In this document: one piece after another, positions 35,922 through 49,240 of the stretch
Layout of the letters: every line of letters starts with the position of its first letter
How positions within the stretch are numbered: the first letter of the stretch is position 1
Position numbers and translations under genes: made by a program
Assembly (NCBI GenBank): GCA_965153285.1
Contig: OZ229113.1
Source of the DNA: Podarcis tiliguerta
Lineage: Eukaryota
Length of the DNA stretch: 64,000 bases
Direction: 5' to 3' (one strand)
The notes under the pieces: generated by a model
Database searches by the model: none
Told to the model about the DNA's origin: nothing
What the model saw: only the letters and a program-made list of their open reading frames with translations

Positions 35922-37044
35922 CACACTGACCATGGATTGGAGAATATCCACTTCGGGGTTCTGGAACTGCCCACTATAACCTTCAGCTGACCCTAAAAGA
36001 ATGTACAGATCCTTTCCAATCAGTTTTATTTTCTATAATTAACCTCACTTTGAAATCCCATCAAGTTGGGCTTCTCGTCCCTTTTCAACTTCTCCCGCCC
36101 CCCCCCCCCGGTCTTATCCAAGCCCTTCTCCTGACCCATCTGGACACATGCCCCTCCTTAACCCCAGATCTTTGTGTGAAGACGATTCACTGACATCTGG
36201 GTACCATGCCAGACTCCAGAGATGCATTTTGTATGCGTAGTGTCCTCCTCCTCCATGCATGCAGTGCATGTTTAGAAGTAATAGTTCAAGACATGTGTTG
36301 GTAATAATAAAATACCAGAAAGCAGGGAATTTTATTTGGGGGGGAAATGGCTTGGCTTTTATAAAGTCTCAGCTTAATTTCTTTTTTAATCCTGCTTCCT
36401 ATACTTTGCTGAGAATATCTGGACAATTCCTACATAAACACTTATTTGCATGTTATTGAAAAGTGAGTCCCAATGAGTTCATCACGGCTTAGTCCCAAAT
36501 GGGATTTCAGTCTTGATCTCAGCATTAGCCACATAGAGAATGGCTGGCTGATGACTCAATGGTACTTAACCTTTCTTGGCTTAAGTAGAACATTGAGCCA
36601 GCAAACCCTAATCTGGAGGTTGCATGGCACAATGGGTGCAGCCCAAAAGTGAGCATGAGCAACACACACGAGCATGCAAATGCACCCTATCTCAGAGCAC
36701 TACACATACAGTGCGCACACACAGAAATCACCCCTTCCTATGATCCTCCCCATGCTAAGTCCCCTTTGCGGTGCCTTGTTATGAGCTCTCCTCCAGCTAT
36801 TTTCCTTTGCATTACAGCCTAGCTCAGTACTGTGATGGGCAGGGAAATTGCACCCTCACCCCATCACTGCGTTCCTCTCCATCACAGCCTAGCCAGCATG
36901 ATTTAACTGGCCGAGAGTTATCTCCCCACCATGGTGCCTAGCTCATCATTCTGACAGGGACTGTCTGGTCTAGGCTGACAATCTCTCTCCTAAATGATCT
37001 GTGGAATCCTCTTAAGTGCTGACAGGTGAGAGGAAGAGACAACT

Positions 37045-37212
37045 AGCCTCGATGGCTATGTTATACCACCAGTATGCTTCTGAATACCCGTTGCTAGGAA
37101 TCATAGGTATGCTTGCATGCTTTTGGGGGGCTTCTGGTTTTGCCACAGTGAAAACAGAATGCTGGACTAGATGGGCCTTTGTTCTGGTTCATCAGGGCTC
37201 TTCTTGTGCTCT
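37045..37212 (+). mobile_element. CR1 3'UTR fragment
   Basis: GCTGGACTAGATGGGCC..GGCTCTTCTTGTGCTCT, typical of a squamate CR1 3' end. Confidence 0.55.
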
Positions 37213-38969
37213 GAACCATCTCCCGAGTGCCGGCTCTGACAATCTCAGGAAGCACTGGAGAATGTGGACCCAGATGGCATCATCCCCGGTAGGGTGAACA
37301 TTAGAACGTTAGAGTTGGCTAACCTGTGGCATTTCACAGGTTGCTGGGCTATAGCTCCATTCAACCCTTACCATTACCCCAAACAGCTGGGGGGTACGGG
37401 AGTTAAGCAACATCTGGAGGGCCACATTAGAAGATCTGGAGGCTATGGCTTAGGGAGACGTCCACTTTTTCTACACTCTGTTGTACATGCTGGATCTCAA
37501 GTTGTTGGCATAGCAACCACAACATTCTACTGATTGAAGAAGGGTTCATAATGCTTACTGTGCATGATTATCTTAGACAGACACTAGAAGAAATTCACAT
37601 TTAATCTATGTAAAGTGCCACTAGGGCGACTATAAAATAGATATTGAAACTATTCAGATGACAACAGCATTAATCGAAGTACATCTCCTTGTCAACCGGA
37701 GCCACTTGGATACTCCTCAGGCAGAAAGAAAAGGCAGTGAGTGTATCTACAAACGCAATGACCATTTCAGAGGATGAGAAAATTCTTGCTGGCATTTTTC
37801 AAATAATGTGTAAGGTAAAATGGCATGGACCTACATATGCAATGAAAATGCAATTAAGTGGCTAACATACAAAAATTCTGTTTGTAAATCAAAAAGTATA
37901 CAAGAACAGTATTCATGGTTGCTGCACTGTAGACAAATGTGGCTAAATTAAGGTGTGGTGGTAAGAAAACAGGAATTTAATTATTGCAATTAAAAAATAT
38001 GGTCTAAAACAGGTAGTTTCATAATCAAGTTGTATTTTTATTTCAGTACATTTTTAAAAACTTGTACCAATATCCAATACTACATGCTGTAACCTTTTTC
38101 AGAACAACCAGCAGTGAAAGGCAGTGTCCTTGTGCTGTTTTTTTACAGATAAATAAATAAGAAAACCTTATGATGTATTTATTTAAAGAATGAATAAACA
38201 TTCTGCTGTTTGAAAATATTGCAATGTTTTAGGATCCTTGTATCAATCCTAGTGACTTGATCAACACATTAACATAAATATACGGTGGTCATTAATCTCA
38301 ATAATATTGTTTGTTTTGTCTATATAATCAATAGTATGACTAATGCTATCTTGGCAGTGCAATATTTATTATGTTTTTATCTGCAACAATATTAACACCA
38401 TCGCATCAGCATCTGTACTTGAGGTGCTCTATTAAATTTATTCTGTGTTTAGCAAGAGGTTTAATGATGGATTTAATGGTACTATATGTGGGGAAATGCC
38501 TTTGGCCTTTACATTTTCATGTGAAAATATATAAAAGAGAGTAGTAATTCAAGCAGTTACGCATCTTGTAAAGATTTTATCCTTTTAATCATTTGCACAC
38601 AATATAAGATGTTATACTGTTGCAGTGTGCATATGGAAAACCATAAATATAAAATAAATTCAGCTGCTTAATTCGCAGAAACGACATATAATATATATGT
38701 GCTTAGAATAATCCATAGTAAAATCGGTCCCATAGATTAGGATGCTTTGTAAAATAATAGGAACTGTTGCAATATCAGATTAGGAGAGAGTAGAATGCTA
38801 CTTCCTAAAGATGTCTCGGGGAAAACCTGTGGGTTGAATCCAACTGTGCCCCTCTACCAATCAAAAGCCTCTTCTGCAAATGGAAAGGTTGCCTGCAAAT
38901 CTGCACAGTAACCTTGCATGGGAAAAGAGCTGAAATCTGGCTGTGTGCTCCTGCTAAGATGGATGGATG

Positions 38970-39222
38970 TCACCTTGTACGCCTCCTTCCAGCAACTCCT
39001 GCAGCCAAGCTAGTGCCAAATGTATTGCTCTGCTTTACTTTGGACCACGTCAATGAGGCCAAGAGTGGGATCTTGTTGTCTGGGCAGCCCAGGACATCCA
39101 TACACACTGCCCAGGCTTTTGCACCCTGGGGAGGTCAGTCGGTGCTGCTAACACAGCGGTTTGACTTCACCCCCAAGAGGCACACTCCATTGTCTCTCAA
39201 GACAGCCAGGTGCCAACCACAA
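38970..39222 (+). mobile_element. non-autonomous RTE-related retroposon fragment
   Basis: Second copy at 63820-63985; ends CTCCATTGTCTCTCAAGACAG..TGCCAAC, an RTE-like 3' end. Confidence 0.6.
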
Positions 39223-42200
39223 GAAGCTCCTGTTAGCACAATGTCTCAAGATACATACTACCGCAAGGCATTGCAGAGTTTAATGCACAAGGTATCGCAA
39301 AATGTCACAAGGTGCCGATTTATATTGCGCAAAGACTTGGTTAGCTCCTGGGGAAACAGGAGCATTAACAAAAACACATATAAGTGGCATCCCTATTGGA
39401 ATGTTCATGATGCAACCAGGCTGTTCTTAAATGTCTCTGCACAGGTCCATATAAACCATATAAACTCTAGACCCCATTTCCTCCCCCCCCCCACTCCACA
39501 GAGGATCACCCAAGGATCTTTTTCAAGCCCTTTATTTTTTCAGCTGAGCCACACTTCTATGTTTCCATTTTCCCCATCTATATTTGATTGCCATCCATAT
39601 TTTGCACACTGCTGTTTAACTCTTGACTCACTGTGACATTGGTTAAACTCTTCTGTTGGTGCTTTGCAGAGCAGAGCTAGTGGCTATATTATATCCGCTC
39701 AGGCTTTTGCATGGCTATTGTTGTTGTTGTTTTGGATCCAAGCCAGTAGGAGTCTTGCCATGACATGTAATGAGATCCAGATGACAGCCTAGACCATGAT
39801 TCCAATTACCTTTATGACTGTGAGCACAAATGTTCAATTCCCTGTCTGAAAACAAGTGCTGATGAACTGAGAAACAAGGGAGTATCATGGACACATATGG
39901 TCTAAGTTACAAATGCAAATGCAACTTAATAAAACCCTGATAGGTTTCTTCAAAATCCATTGGCTGGAAACCTCAATCAATAGACACAAAAGGAGGCAAC
40001 ATAATACAAGTAACAGTACTAATTTAGCAAGATTAAAGAGCAACATGAACATTTTTAATGAGAAAGCAGACACCTTTGCAATACTCGCACTATGATATGT
40101 TGCTTAGCAACAAGATATAAAAATGATGTACAGTGCAAGTGATTTCTTCCACATATGAAAGCAGCACCCTACCAAAGCAGCTTCCTAATGCACTCTTACA
40201 AAATAAAAATCTAGTGAGACCATTTAACACTCCATTTTCTGCAACATACCCTATTAAACAATCATGTGGGTTGTGTTGTTGTTTTGCTAATGTAGTAATA
40301 CACCGATTTTATTTAATGATTAGACAAGGGTTGTGCAGAGACAACAGAGACAGCCATAAATGAAGCACCAGCATTTCTGAAATAAATCCTGTAATGAGTA
40401 TCAGGTCTCCAGACTTGATAAGTAAAAGTTCGAAACAATAATTTCTCTCTCACGTTTGCCCTCAAAATCTGGTTGTTAAATATATATATGCAAAGACAAC
40501 TTAATATAATGGTCAACATGTTATAGGACAACAGTTGAATGAATAGAGAGAGGGAGGAAAATAAAGTGGGTCTACAGAGTAACTAATATAAGGAAGTCAG
40601 AAGTGCTGCTCCTGGGAATAAATTCTGTTTTAGCCTGAAAGCTCCCTAACGTGACAGGTGGAAGTAAATTATATCAGAGGCAGCTCAACTTCAAGGTGTT
40701 GGCTTGGCCATCTGGGAGCGGGACTGGAACAGCTGTCAATTAGACCTTGGAGTGAGCAGAGAAAGGTAATAGAAATTTTTGCCAGCCTAATTATAAAAGA
40801 TGCTCTGCAGCCAAAACGTCAAGCCTGGAGCCAAGAGATAGTGAGGGGGCCAAGAAATCATGAACCTGATTTCTGTGGCTTGCGAGGCAGGAGAAAGACC
40901 TAAAGTAAACTTTTTAACTTTCTGGGATTATTCTGTTTTGCAGGAATAGAAGCAGGTTACACACATGCCATACCGAGAGATCTTCAGTACTTGGACTTGG
41001 CCCTTAACTGTATCTTACACCCCTTCAATCCATGATCATGTCTGTGTTGCTAGCACAACACCTCAGACATGGCGCAAATAATTCCCCATCCATTATCTTC
41101 AGCGGAAGGGAAAACATTAAAAATAAGCTGCTCATGGGTCAGAGACCACTCAGCTCACTTCACCAGGACAGAGCATAAGCATATGATAGAATTCAGGACC
41201 CACTTTCCAGCATACAAACATCAGTATATAAACTCCACACTGGGAAACCATAACCCTGCATGGGGCTGTAACACTTTGGCCTCATATCGTTCATATTTAA
41301 AGCTTAAAGGGTCAGAAACAGGGAGAAAATTCATGCTAAACACTGTGCATAAAAAATCCTGCCCCCTTTTTTCTTCTGCTGAGGCTTGAACTCCTATCTG
41401 CTGCTCCCCAACCTCATGTCCCGTTTGGTGAGCCGCTGGAGGTTGCTGCTCTCCGTCTGTGTCTATGACTGCTCTCATTCTAGTCCCTTCCTTTGGCTAC
41501 TTGTCAAGAGTCCTTAACAGTTGTCCCAGGAAGGCTAATGTGCGGCTTCTTCAGGCGTTCTGCCCAGAGAGATATGTAGGTGATGTGTTGAATGGACTCT
41601 CCTTTCTCCCTTTGCTCTATGTGCTTCAAAATGGTGGCTGTGAGGAGTATGACCTGCCTGTAGGGCAGCCTGGCAGTAGTGGGATCATTGCTGGCTGTGC
41701 TATTGGAGCTAGCAGGCAGGGATCAGTGTGACATTGTTTTGCATGCTGCATAATGCTGGGGTGTATGTTGGGTCATTCTGCCCATTGTAAGGTCATTGAC
41801 TCCCTCCACATGAAGGTGACATGTGGACATGTTTGCCAGCACAGTCCTTGACTGGTGGGTTTTGACAAGTGTTGCCAGGGGCACTGAGGGTGTGCCCACC
41901 ATTTGTGTCTTTTCTTGTTGTGTTTCCCTCCTCTGTTCCAGGCCGAGCATGATTTGAGTGCAGTGCCCATTTCCGTAAGTGTAGTGGAATGCAGTAGGTT
42001 GGCTTTGAAAAAACAGAACAAACCAGAAGCATGTTTGATGCTATTTCCCATGAACATCAGACAGCTTTGGAAGTGCAGCAGCTATATTTATTAGACAGAA
42101 TGTCAGAGTAATATTCTAGGCAGGTACTTGCAATAAAGGCAACTAACAGCCCATTCTCAGACGTAAGTTCTGTTGAGTTCAATGCGGCTTGCTGCCAGGT

Positions 42201-43236
42201 AAGTGGTTATAGGATTGCAGACTAAACGATGGGAAATGTTATCATGTTATTGAAAAATATATAAATATGTAAATGCATAAAGGCAAGTGAAGTGTGACAC
42301 AGCTTCCTAATTGCTTAACATGATTCCCACTAGATGCATAAATTAGAGCTCCTATTAGCAGGACTATGAATAATAATCAGTTTACTTTCTGGCTTGTATC
42401 TAAATATACTTTCTATATGATTTCATCTTTTATTCAGTCAGTTAAAAGCAGAACATCTAATTACAGTTCCTATTAAATTTCTTTCTTCTTGCCACAGAGC
42501 ATGTGTGATGACTGATTTTTTTTTTTAAAGGCAGCATTTTTAGCATATGGAAAAATCATGTTATTATTAATGCATTCCCTGATGACTCTACATTTCAATT
42601 CCCTTAATTATTTAGTCATTGCTGATTATGTCTTTTCACAATTCATTATCCCATTTCCTGCAACGTAGACATTTTATTCATTAAGTGTCAAAATGAAGGG
42701 CCTGACCTCCAGAAAGATAATCAGGAAATAAGTGGCAGATACAAAAGGTCTAGGTTTTCTTAAGTGCTCAATACTCCATCAAGACATACCATCTTCTTAG
42801 GAAATTACAGTGCAAGTCAAACATCATTTAAGAAAATATTAAAGGACCAATTGACACACAGTAAGTGCTGATTTCTATGAGTTCCCCCCTCCCAAAATAT
42901 ACACATTTTCAAGTCAAAAAGAACTGCAGTACATAAACACCGGTACCTAAGGCTTGTAATATAGAACAAAGTGGATAATTCCACAGAGCATGTGTGTACT
43001 ATACTTTGTAATGTGTTTATATATTTCAAACATTTGCACTCAGCTTTTGATTTTAAGGAAGTGGCTAACTAAGAAAGCAATAAATTAACATTTTAAAACA
43101 GCCCTTATGGCATATCAACAAAACATTAGAACTGCAGCAGAAAGTTACCGAATTCCACTGCTATTTTTGCTAATGGAACTTCCATAGCAAAATACCTGGT
43201 TGGGATTCAGACCCTGCTTTTGGTATTTCCAGTGAG

Positions 43237-43362
43237 CAGTGCTATTTTTCTGGAAAAAGAGGTGGCAGAACTCAGCATCAACGCATCCCTTGTTCTCTTA
43301 TAATGGCAATGGCGCCCACCTGAGAGGTGCCAGAACTGAGTTTGGGCGGAAAAAAAGCCCTG
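43237..43362. mobile_element. hAT MITE
   Basis: TIRs CAGTGCTATTTTTC / GAAAAAAAGCCCTG; 8-bp TSD CCAGTGAG/CCTGTGAG. Confidence 0.8.
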
Positions 43363-43799
43363 CCTGTGAGTCTTTTGACCTTTTTCCTCCACCATATCAC
43401 AAACATTCCCTCTAATGTTCCCTCTACCGTATCACTCAGTTTTGAAAGAAGATTGTCCTGGGATATGGGGATATGCTGTTCAAAACCAGCTTAGGGAAGT
43501 TGATCTAGGTAATTAACACTGATGGACACCATTTTCAATATAGGTAACTTCCTGGCACTTCAGTTCTCATCCAACACAAGGAAACCTTGAACCAACATTG
43601 ATGGTGGTGGTAGGACATTTTACTACCCTAGCCAAATTCCACTGCATGTTGTGATAGTTAACTGTCCCAGAACAAACCCATGAGTGTGATGTCAGAAGTG
43701 TAGCATTAAAAACTGATCCAGGGAAGCAGCCTTATTTAAAAACAACTATCATGGGGTCACATTTTACTGCAGTACTAGGAAAAGAAGCCACCTACTGAT

Positions 43800-43831
43800 T
43801 AGATGATAGATAGATAGATAGATAGATAGAT
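43800..43831. repeat. (GATA)n microsatellite
   Basis: Direct observation. Confidence 0.95.
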
Positions 43832-45518
43832 TTCTTCTTGGGACATTTTATGCCCCATGTGACTTTTTTAAAAAAGGCTTTACTTGTCAGGAAATTTCAT
43901 TGATTTCAACAGATTCAAAGCTTGCACTGGTTAGCTTAAATAAGACAAATATTTCTTACCATGATGCTATTTCATTTTCTTTCAGCTACGTGTGATTTCC
44001 TTATAATGCTATGCATTATTAAACAACCAATCAACTTGCCCCTATAGTCAGCACTGTCCCTCCTGCTTATTTTTCTTCCCTTTTGATAAATTTACTTCTG
44101 TTTTCTATCAAAGCGATTAATCATTTCAGCTAGCAGCATACTGTTGACAATCTGAGTCAATGAACTTCAGCCATCTTAATCTTCTCTTAGGTAGTTTAAA
44201 ATATGCTCAGAATTCACTCACAGGCTTTATTTATACCTCAGTAGGATCCCAATTTTCTAGAATAAAAATGAAGTCTCCAAAGAGCACATTTTTTTGATTT
44301 TAATAGACTTCTTTAATGGAATTTTAAGGGAATAAAGACGAACAAACTGAGAGGGGCAGAATAATATATTCGTGATTTTCAAGCAGAACAAGTTTTTATC
44401 AAGCTACATGGAAAGAATCCTGACCAGAACAGATCTTCCATATTGTAAAGAGGAAGAAAAACGGAAAAGATCATGTTTTCTTGCAACTTCTAGCTATATT
44501 ATCTGAGAACTATTTTTAGAAGTCTATCTTGTTTAGCCCACACTGCACTCTTGCTTCCTGTTTCAGGAAATATATTTGTAAATTATTTTGACTAACTCAA
44601 CATCTGCTCTCAGATATCTGACCTTGTCTCACTTTTAGTTTTTGATTCAAAATTATAATGAAGTAGGATTGTTGTATTTGGCTGCAATGCTTTCCCAGAC
44701 ACGCAACCTAATGTAACTAAGGAGATCCACATGTGGAAACCAGGTTCTTTGTGTATATCACTTGCTACACCAGGAATTGCAGGTATAAATGGAATGTGTA
44801 TCTAAAGGAGCTTCCACAGTGGGAAGTGTAAGGTTTCATTTCCTGTCAGTAACAATTGGATTTGAGATATTTGGTGGAAGGAAGTTAGAGCAGCAACAGA
44901 CATAAATCATTTTCTCAGGTTAATGAACATACCATAAATTCCCCACATTCCTTTTAAGGAAAATGAAACACCAATGTTAGGGCCTTGTTTTCGTTTGTCT
45001 AGCCTACAATAACATCATTGTAAAGGAAGACTCTCCAGGATGCTATAGGAGAACATTATTCTATCTCCAACGACAACAGAACAGCAGCAGGAAACTCCTG
45101 ATACCATGCAGATACAACTAAATCCACTGCCATCTAGTGACTAACCACATCATGACACTAATCATATTGCCCATGCAACATATAGATTTCTCTTTTCTCT
45201 GGTCTTTATATTTCAAACTGTTGGTATTTGTTATAGAATGCCTGGGAAGCATCAATTCAGATTAAGCATTAATAAATAATAGAAGGATAAACTAGAGTCC
45301 TACCCGTAAAATTTCTTCAACGCAGCTGTCATCTCCTCCCCCATTGTCCTGTAAACAAGGAGTAACACAGATATACAGTGAGAAATGATGAGTCTGCAAA
45401 AATGTAAATTAAGTAATTTTTTAAACGATGTTAATTTTGTCCCCATTTCAGTAAGTTAGAATCATTGCTTAATGTACTTGATGCAGTTAAAAAACACCAA
45501 AACTGCAGTTTAACTCTA

Positions 45519-45757
45519 AGAGTTTGGATTTGATATCCCGCTTTATCACTACCCTAAAGAGTCTCAAAGCGGCAAACAATCTCCTCCCCCCTCCTTCCCC
45601 ACAACAACCGCTCTGTGAGGTGAATGAGGCTGAAAGACTTCAGAGAAGTGTGACTGGCCCAAGGTCACCCACAGCTGCATGTGGAAGAGCGGGGAATCAA
45701 ACCCGGTTCACCAGATTACGAGTCCATTGCTCTTAACCACTACACCACACTGGCTCT
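45519..45757 (-). mobile_element. Squam3-like SINE
   Basis: Reverse complement of the 1024 copy; CTCTAAG on both flanks. Confidence 0.88.
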
Positions 45758-46849
45758 AAGGCCATAATTCATCAGAAGCCTTTTCTGTATAAACCCTGTT
45801 GAAATGAAGTGACTGTTGCTATGCTTTACTCCAGTTGAACATAATTTCTCAATAAATTGTCCCTTTCATGACAAAATAAAATGAAGGTGGAATTAAAGGC
45901 CAGAACAACTTTTACTAAACAGAAAACGGTAAATTGTAAACATAATTTTACCTATTATACTCCTCTTCCTAAATGTTCATCAACATTACCTTGCACCAAG
46001 AGGAAACACATTGTACAACACAGCTGAGTAAGAGACAGTTTGAAATTACACTGTATTAAGGGTGTAATCTGTTGAAGTAAGGATAGCATAATCACAGCTA
46101 AGAAGCTCAAATCAGATATAGGACTGACACTCTTCTTTGGAAATTAAACCAATGTCCAGACTTTAACATTCAAAAACTTTACTTGCAGAAACTTATAGCT
46201 ATAGATGAATTATAACATAATATTTATAGTCAAGTGCTTATCCAGGCATGGGCTTACAGTTTCTTCTAACTTCCAAACAAATATTTTCCTCTCTTTTCAA
46301 AGCTCAGCACTCAGCCTTCTGTATCTCAGTTAGGCCATGCTTTGCAGCTCCTATGAGAGATCTCCACTTTTACCTTCTCCTACAGCTTTGTTCTCTTTCT
46401 TTTGAGCAGAGAAGAAGCACTCCAACACTCTATTCAACTTAGCAGTGTTCACAGTGGATTCTAAAACACAGTCATCTTGCTTCCTATAAAACTGAGTCTC
46501 TCCTTTGCTAGATAGCTCCCATGTGACCAACGTTAGTCAATCACAAGGGAAGTACCAGAGAACTCTCTAGAATTCAGTTACCAGCCAATCCAATTTAAAC
46601 ACATGGTAGTGCATACAAGCATTTACAATTTCAGTGATTTAAATTACTATACATAACATAATGCTCATCCACCTCTGGTGGGATCTTGGTGGATTGTGTT
46701 TTAGCGCTGGGGCCGCTGCTTTTCAGAAGTTGCCTGAGTCAGAAGGACAATGACCCCAGGGAAATTTGAATTTTGCTGCTGAACTGTATATTGTCACTTT
46801 TCTGATGTACTGCATATTTACATGGACTTTCCAACTGCTGTATTGAAAT

Positions 46850-47330
46850 ATTCCCCAAGCCAAAAGTCTTTGGGTGCCCAGAACACTTTCCTGTAAAGAT
46901 GTGAGAAACAACAACAGCTGATAACTTTAGATCAACAGCTTCACATATGAGTTCTTAAATAACCCCGGGGGGGATGTCATCAAGACCCAGCAGCAACTTG
47001 TTAATTTTTAATTTGTCAATTAGATCCAGGAAAAGCAGTTCAGGCATGAATATCTGTCAAATATCTTTCATAATGAAGACTGCCGCAAAAAAAATTTACA
47101 GTCTTCAGTAATGTTTTCACACATTTGTTAGCTAATGGTCCAACCATCTTCTTGGCTGGTTTCTTCCTTCTTCTGTATTTAAAGACATTGTTGTTGTTTG
47201 TCTTAATGTTTCCAGTAATACCTTCCTTCTTCAAAATAAAATTCACTTGCCTTCCATTTGTTCTACCAGTACTGTAAGTGTTCCTTCTCCCCACCCCCTC
47301 CTCATTTGGGCAAGACATTCACTTTTTAAA
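46850..47330 (-). mobile_element. CR1 ORF2 remnant
   Basis: Minus strand ..NK..GLDDIP..LRT, resembling CR1 KSxGPDxIHPRVLKEL. Confidence 0.5.
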
Positions 47331-47860
47331 GAAAGGCTTCTTGCTTCAAAAAGTCCTGCATCACATAACAGTCTGGCTTCTAAAACGACCCAGTTTTCTG
47401 AGAGCTCCTGTCTTCCCCTCTAATTGACCTTTACCTGGCCAGCCTTTTACAGAGCTTGCAGGAGAGTGCTCCTGGTTTTATTGGAGGGGAGGAGGCTACT
47501 CTCAAGTCCCACAAGCCCTGACCATTTATTGCCCAGCAGTTTTGCTCTGAACCTCAAGATAAGATTCATTCAAAAGCTTATCAGTGCAGAGGTTCTGCTC
47601 TCTCAGCTAGGTTCAGAATGTTCAGAGATACTAAACTGTCTGAAATCTCAGAGGAAAATGGCTTTTACTGCTTTGTGGATGGAAAATGCCAGCAAGCACA
47701 TTTTTTTCCGTTCCTGTGATTTCTTCCTCTTGAAAAATAAAATAAAAGCTTCTGCTATAGCATGCTGGCATGGAAAGAAAGTGCTTTCAGGTGGTACAAA
47801 TTCACTCCATATTTGTGTGTTCAAATATGACTAAAAATGTTATATAATGCTGGAGGATGC

Positions 47861-48191
47861 TGAAATATACTCGGAGTCGAGTGTGGATTTCATGCTCTTT
47901 ATTCAGCTCAGAGTAGTGAGAAATGGAAGTTCCCCCAAAATGTGTGCTTTACATTATTTACACAATGGGCCCTACGTGATTGGCTAATTCTGGGATTCTC
48001 CTGTAGGCCAATCAGGTTGTGGATCCACTTCCATCTGGAGTTGGATTGGCTGGCTCCTGTGGACCAATCAGACTGCTGCAGTCTGGATCCTATTGTTCCA
48101 GGACCAATCAGACTGCTGCATTCTGAATCCTATTGTTCTAGGACCAATCAGACTGCTGCATTTTGGATCCTATTCAACTCAGTACATAACA
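47861..48191 (-). mobile_element. solo LTR with tandem CCAAT repeats
   Basis: Minus strand TGTTATGTAC...GTATATTTCA; perfect 5-bp TSD GATGC; AATAAA on minus strand at 47898-47903; three 40-bp repeats from 48061. Confidence 0.88.
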
Positions 48192-48427
48192 GATGCACAG
48201 TGACTACACACTGATACATCCCACTAAGAATGAAATTATGCATTTACCAGAGAACAAGATATCTTGAAAGCAGTGAGTCTGACATCTGTCTAGTCAGAAG
48301 TACAAGTCCCACTTAGTTTGATGGGACTTACAATTAAGTATGCATAGGATTGGACTAAATCACAAGTATGTGTGTATAGGATGATGGCTTCAACCCAAAC
48401 CCAAAGGGACTTACTTCTGAGCAGATC

Positions 48428-49240
48428 TAAGAACATAAGAAGAGCCCTATTAAATGGAGCCAAAACCATCTTCCATTTTCTTGTTTACACAATGGCCAAC
48501 CAGATGCTTATGGGGTGCCCACAAGCAGGATGGAATGCAATAGCCCTTACCCATGGTTTGGTGACCAGCAACTAAAATTTGGAGGCATACTGCCTCCAGC
48601 AGTAGAACATAGCCATTGTGGCTGGTAGCCATACAGAGGCTTATATTCCATGAACTTGTCCAATCCCCTTTTAAAGCCATCAAAGCTGGTGGTCATCACT
48701 ATGTCTTGTGAGTGTAAATTCTATAATTTAATTGTTTGATGCAGTACTTTCTGCTGTCTGTCCTGAATCTTCCAACATTCAGTTTCCTTGGATGGCTTCA
48801 AGTTCTACTGCATGCATAATCTTGCACACCTCTATCTTGTCACCCTCTACTTGCCTGTTTCATTAAACTAAAAAGCCTAAATGTTGTAACCTTTATTCAT
48901 GGTGGAGTGACTCCAACTTGTTGGTCATTTGGTTGCCCGTTTGTGAAACCTTTCCAGCTCTACAATAGCGACCAGAACTGTATACAATATTTATTGCAAG
49001 TGTGCTCTCAGCATCGTTTTGTATAATGGCATGATGATAATGGCAATGTTGTTATTCTCAGTCCATTTTCTAATGATCCCTAACATGAAATCTGCCTGTT
49101 TTGCAGCTGCTGAGGATTGTGTGAACATCTTTACTGAGCTATCCACTATGATCCCAAGGTCTCATTCCTGGTTAATCACTGCCACTTCAGTCCCCACTAG
49201 AGAATATATGAAAGTATGGGAATTTTTTCTCCCAACGTCC
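48428..49240 (-). mobile_element. CR1 LINE 3' fragment
   Basis: TAAGAACATAAGAA tail, GATGGCTTTAAAAGGGGATTGGACAAGTTCATG (DGFKRGLDKFM), CAGTTCTGGTC (QFWS) and DLGIIVD motifs on the minus strand. Confidence 0.8.

Noticed and set aside
38914-39636. 240-aa ORF on the plus strand
   Set aside because: Non-ATG start, runs through a repeat also present at 63820, and has no recognisable domain; likely chance
41390-41950. GC-richer block with overlapping short ORFs
   Set aside because: Probably a degraded retroelement, but I found no diagnostic motif or boundary
48061-48175. Regularly spaced repeats resembling a CRISPR array
   Set aside because: Whole 40-bp units repeat with no unique spacers; inside an LTR in eukaryotic DNA
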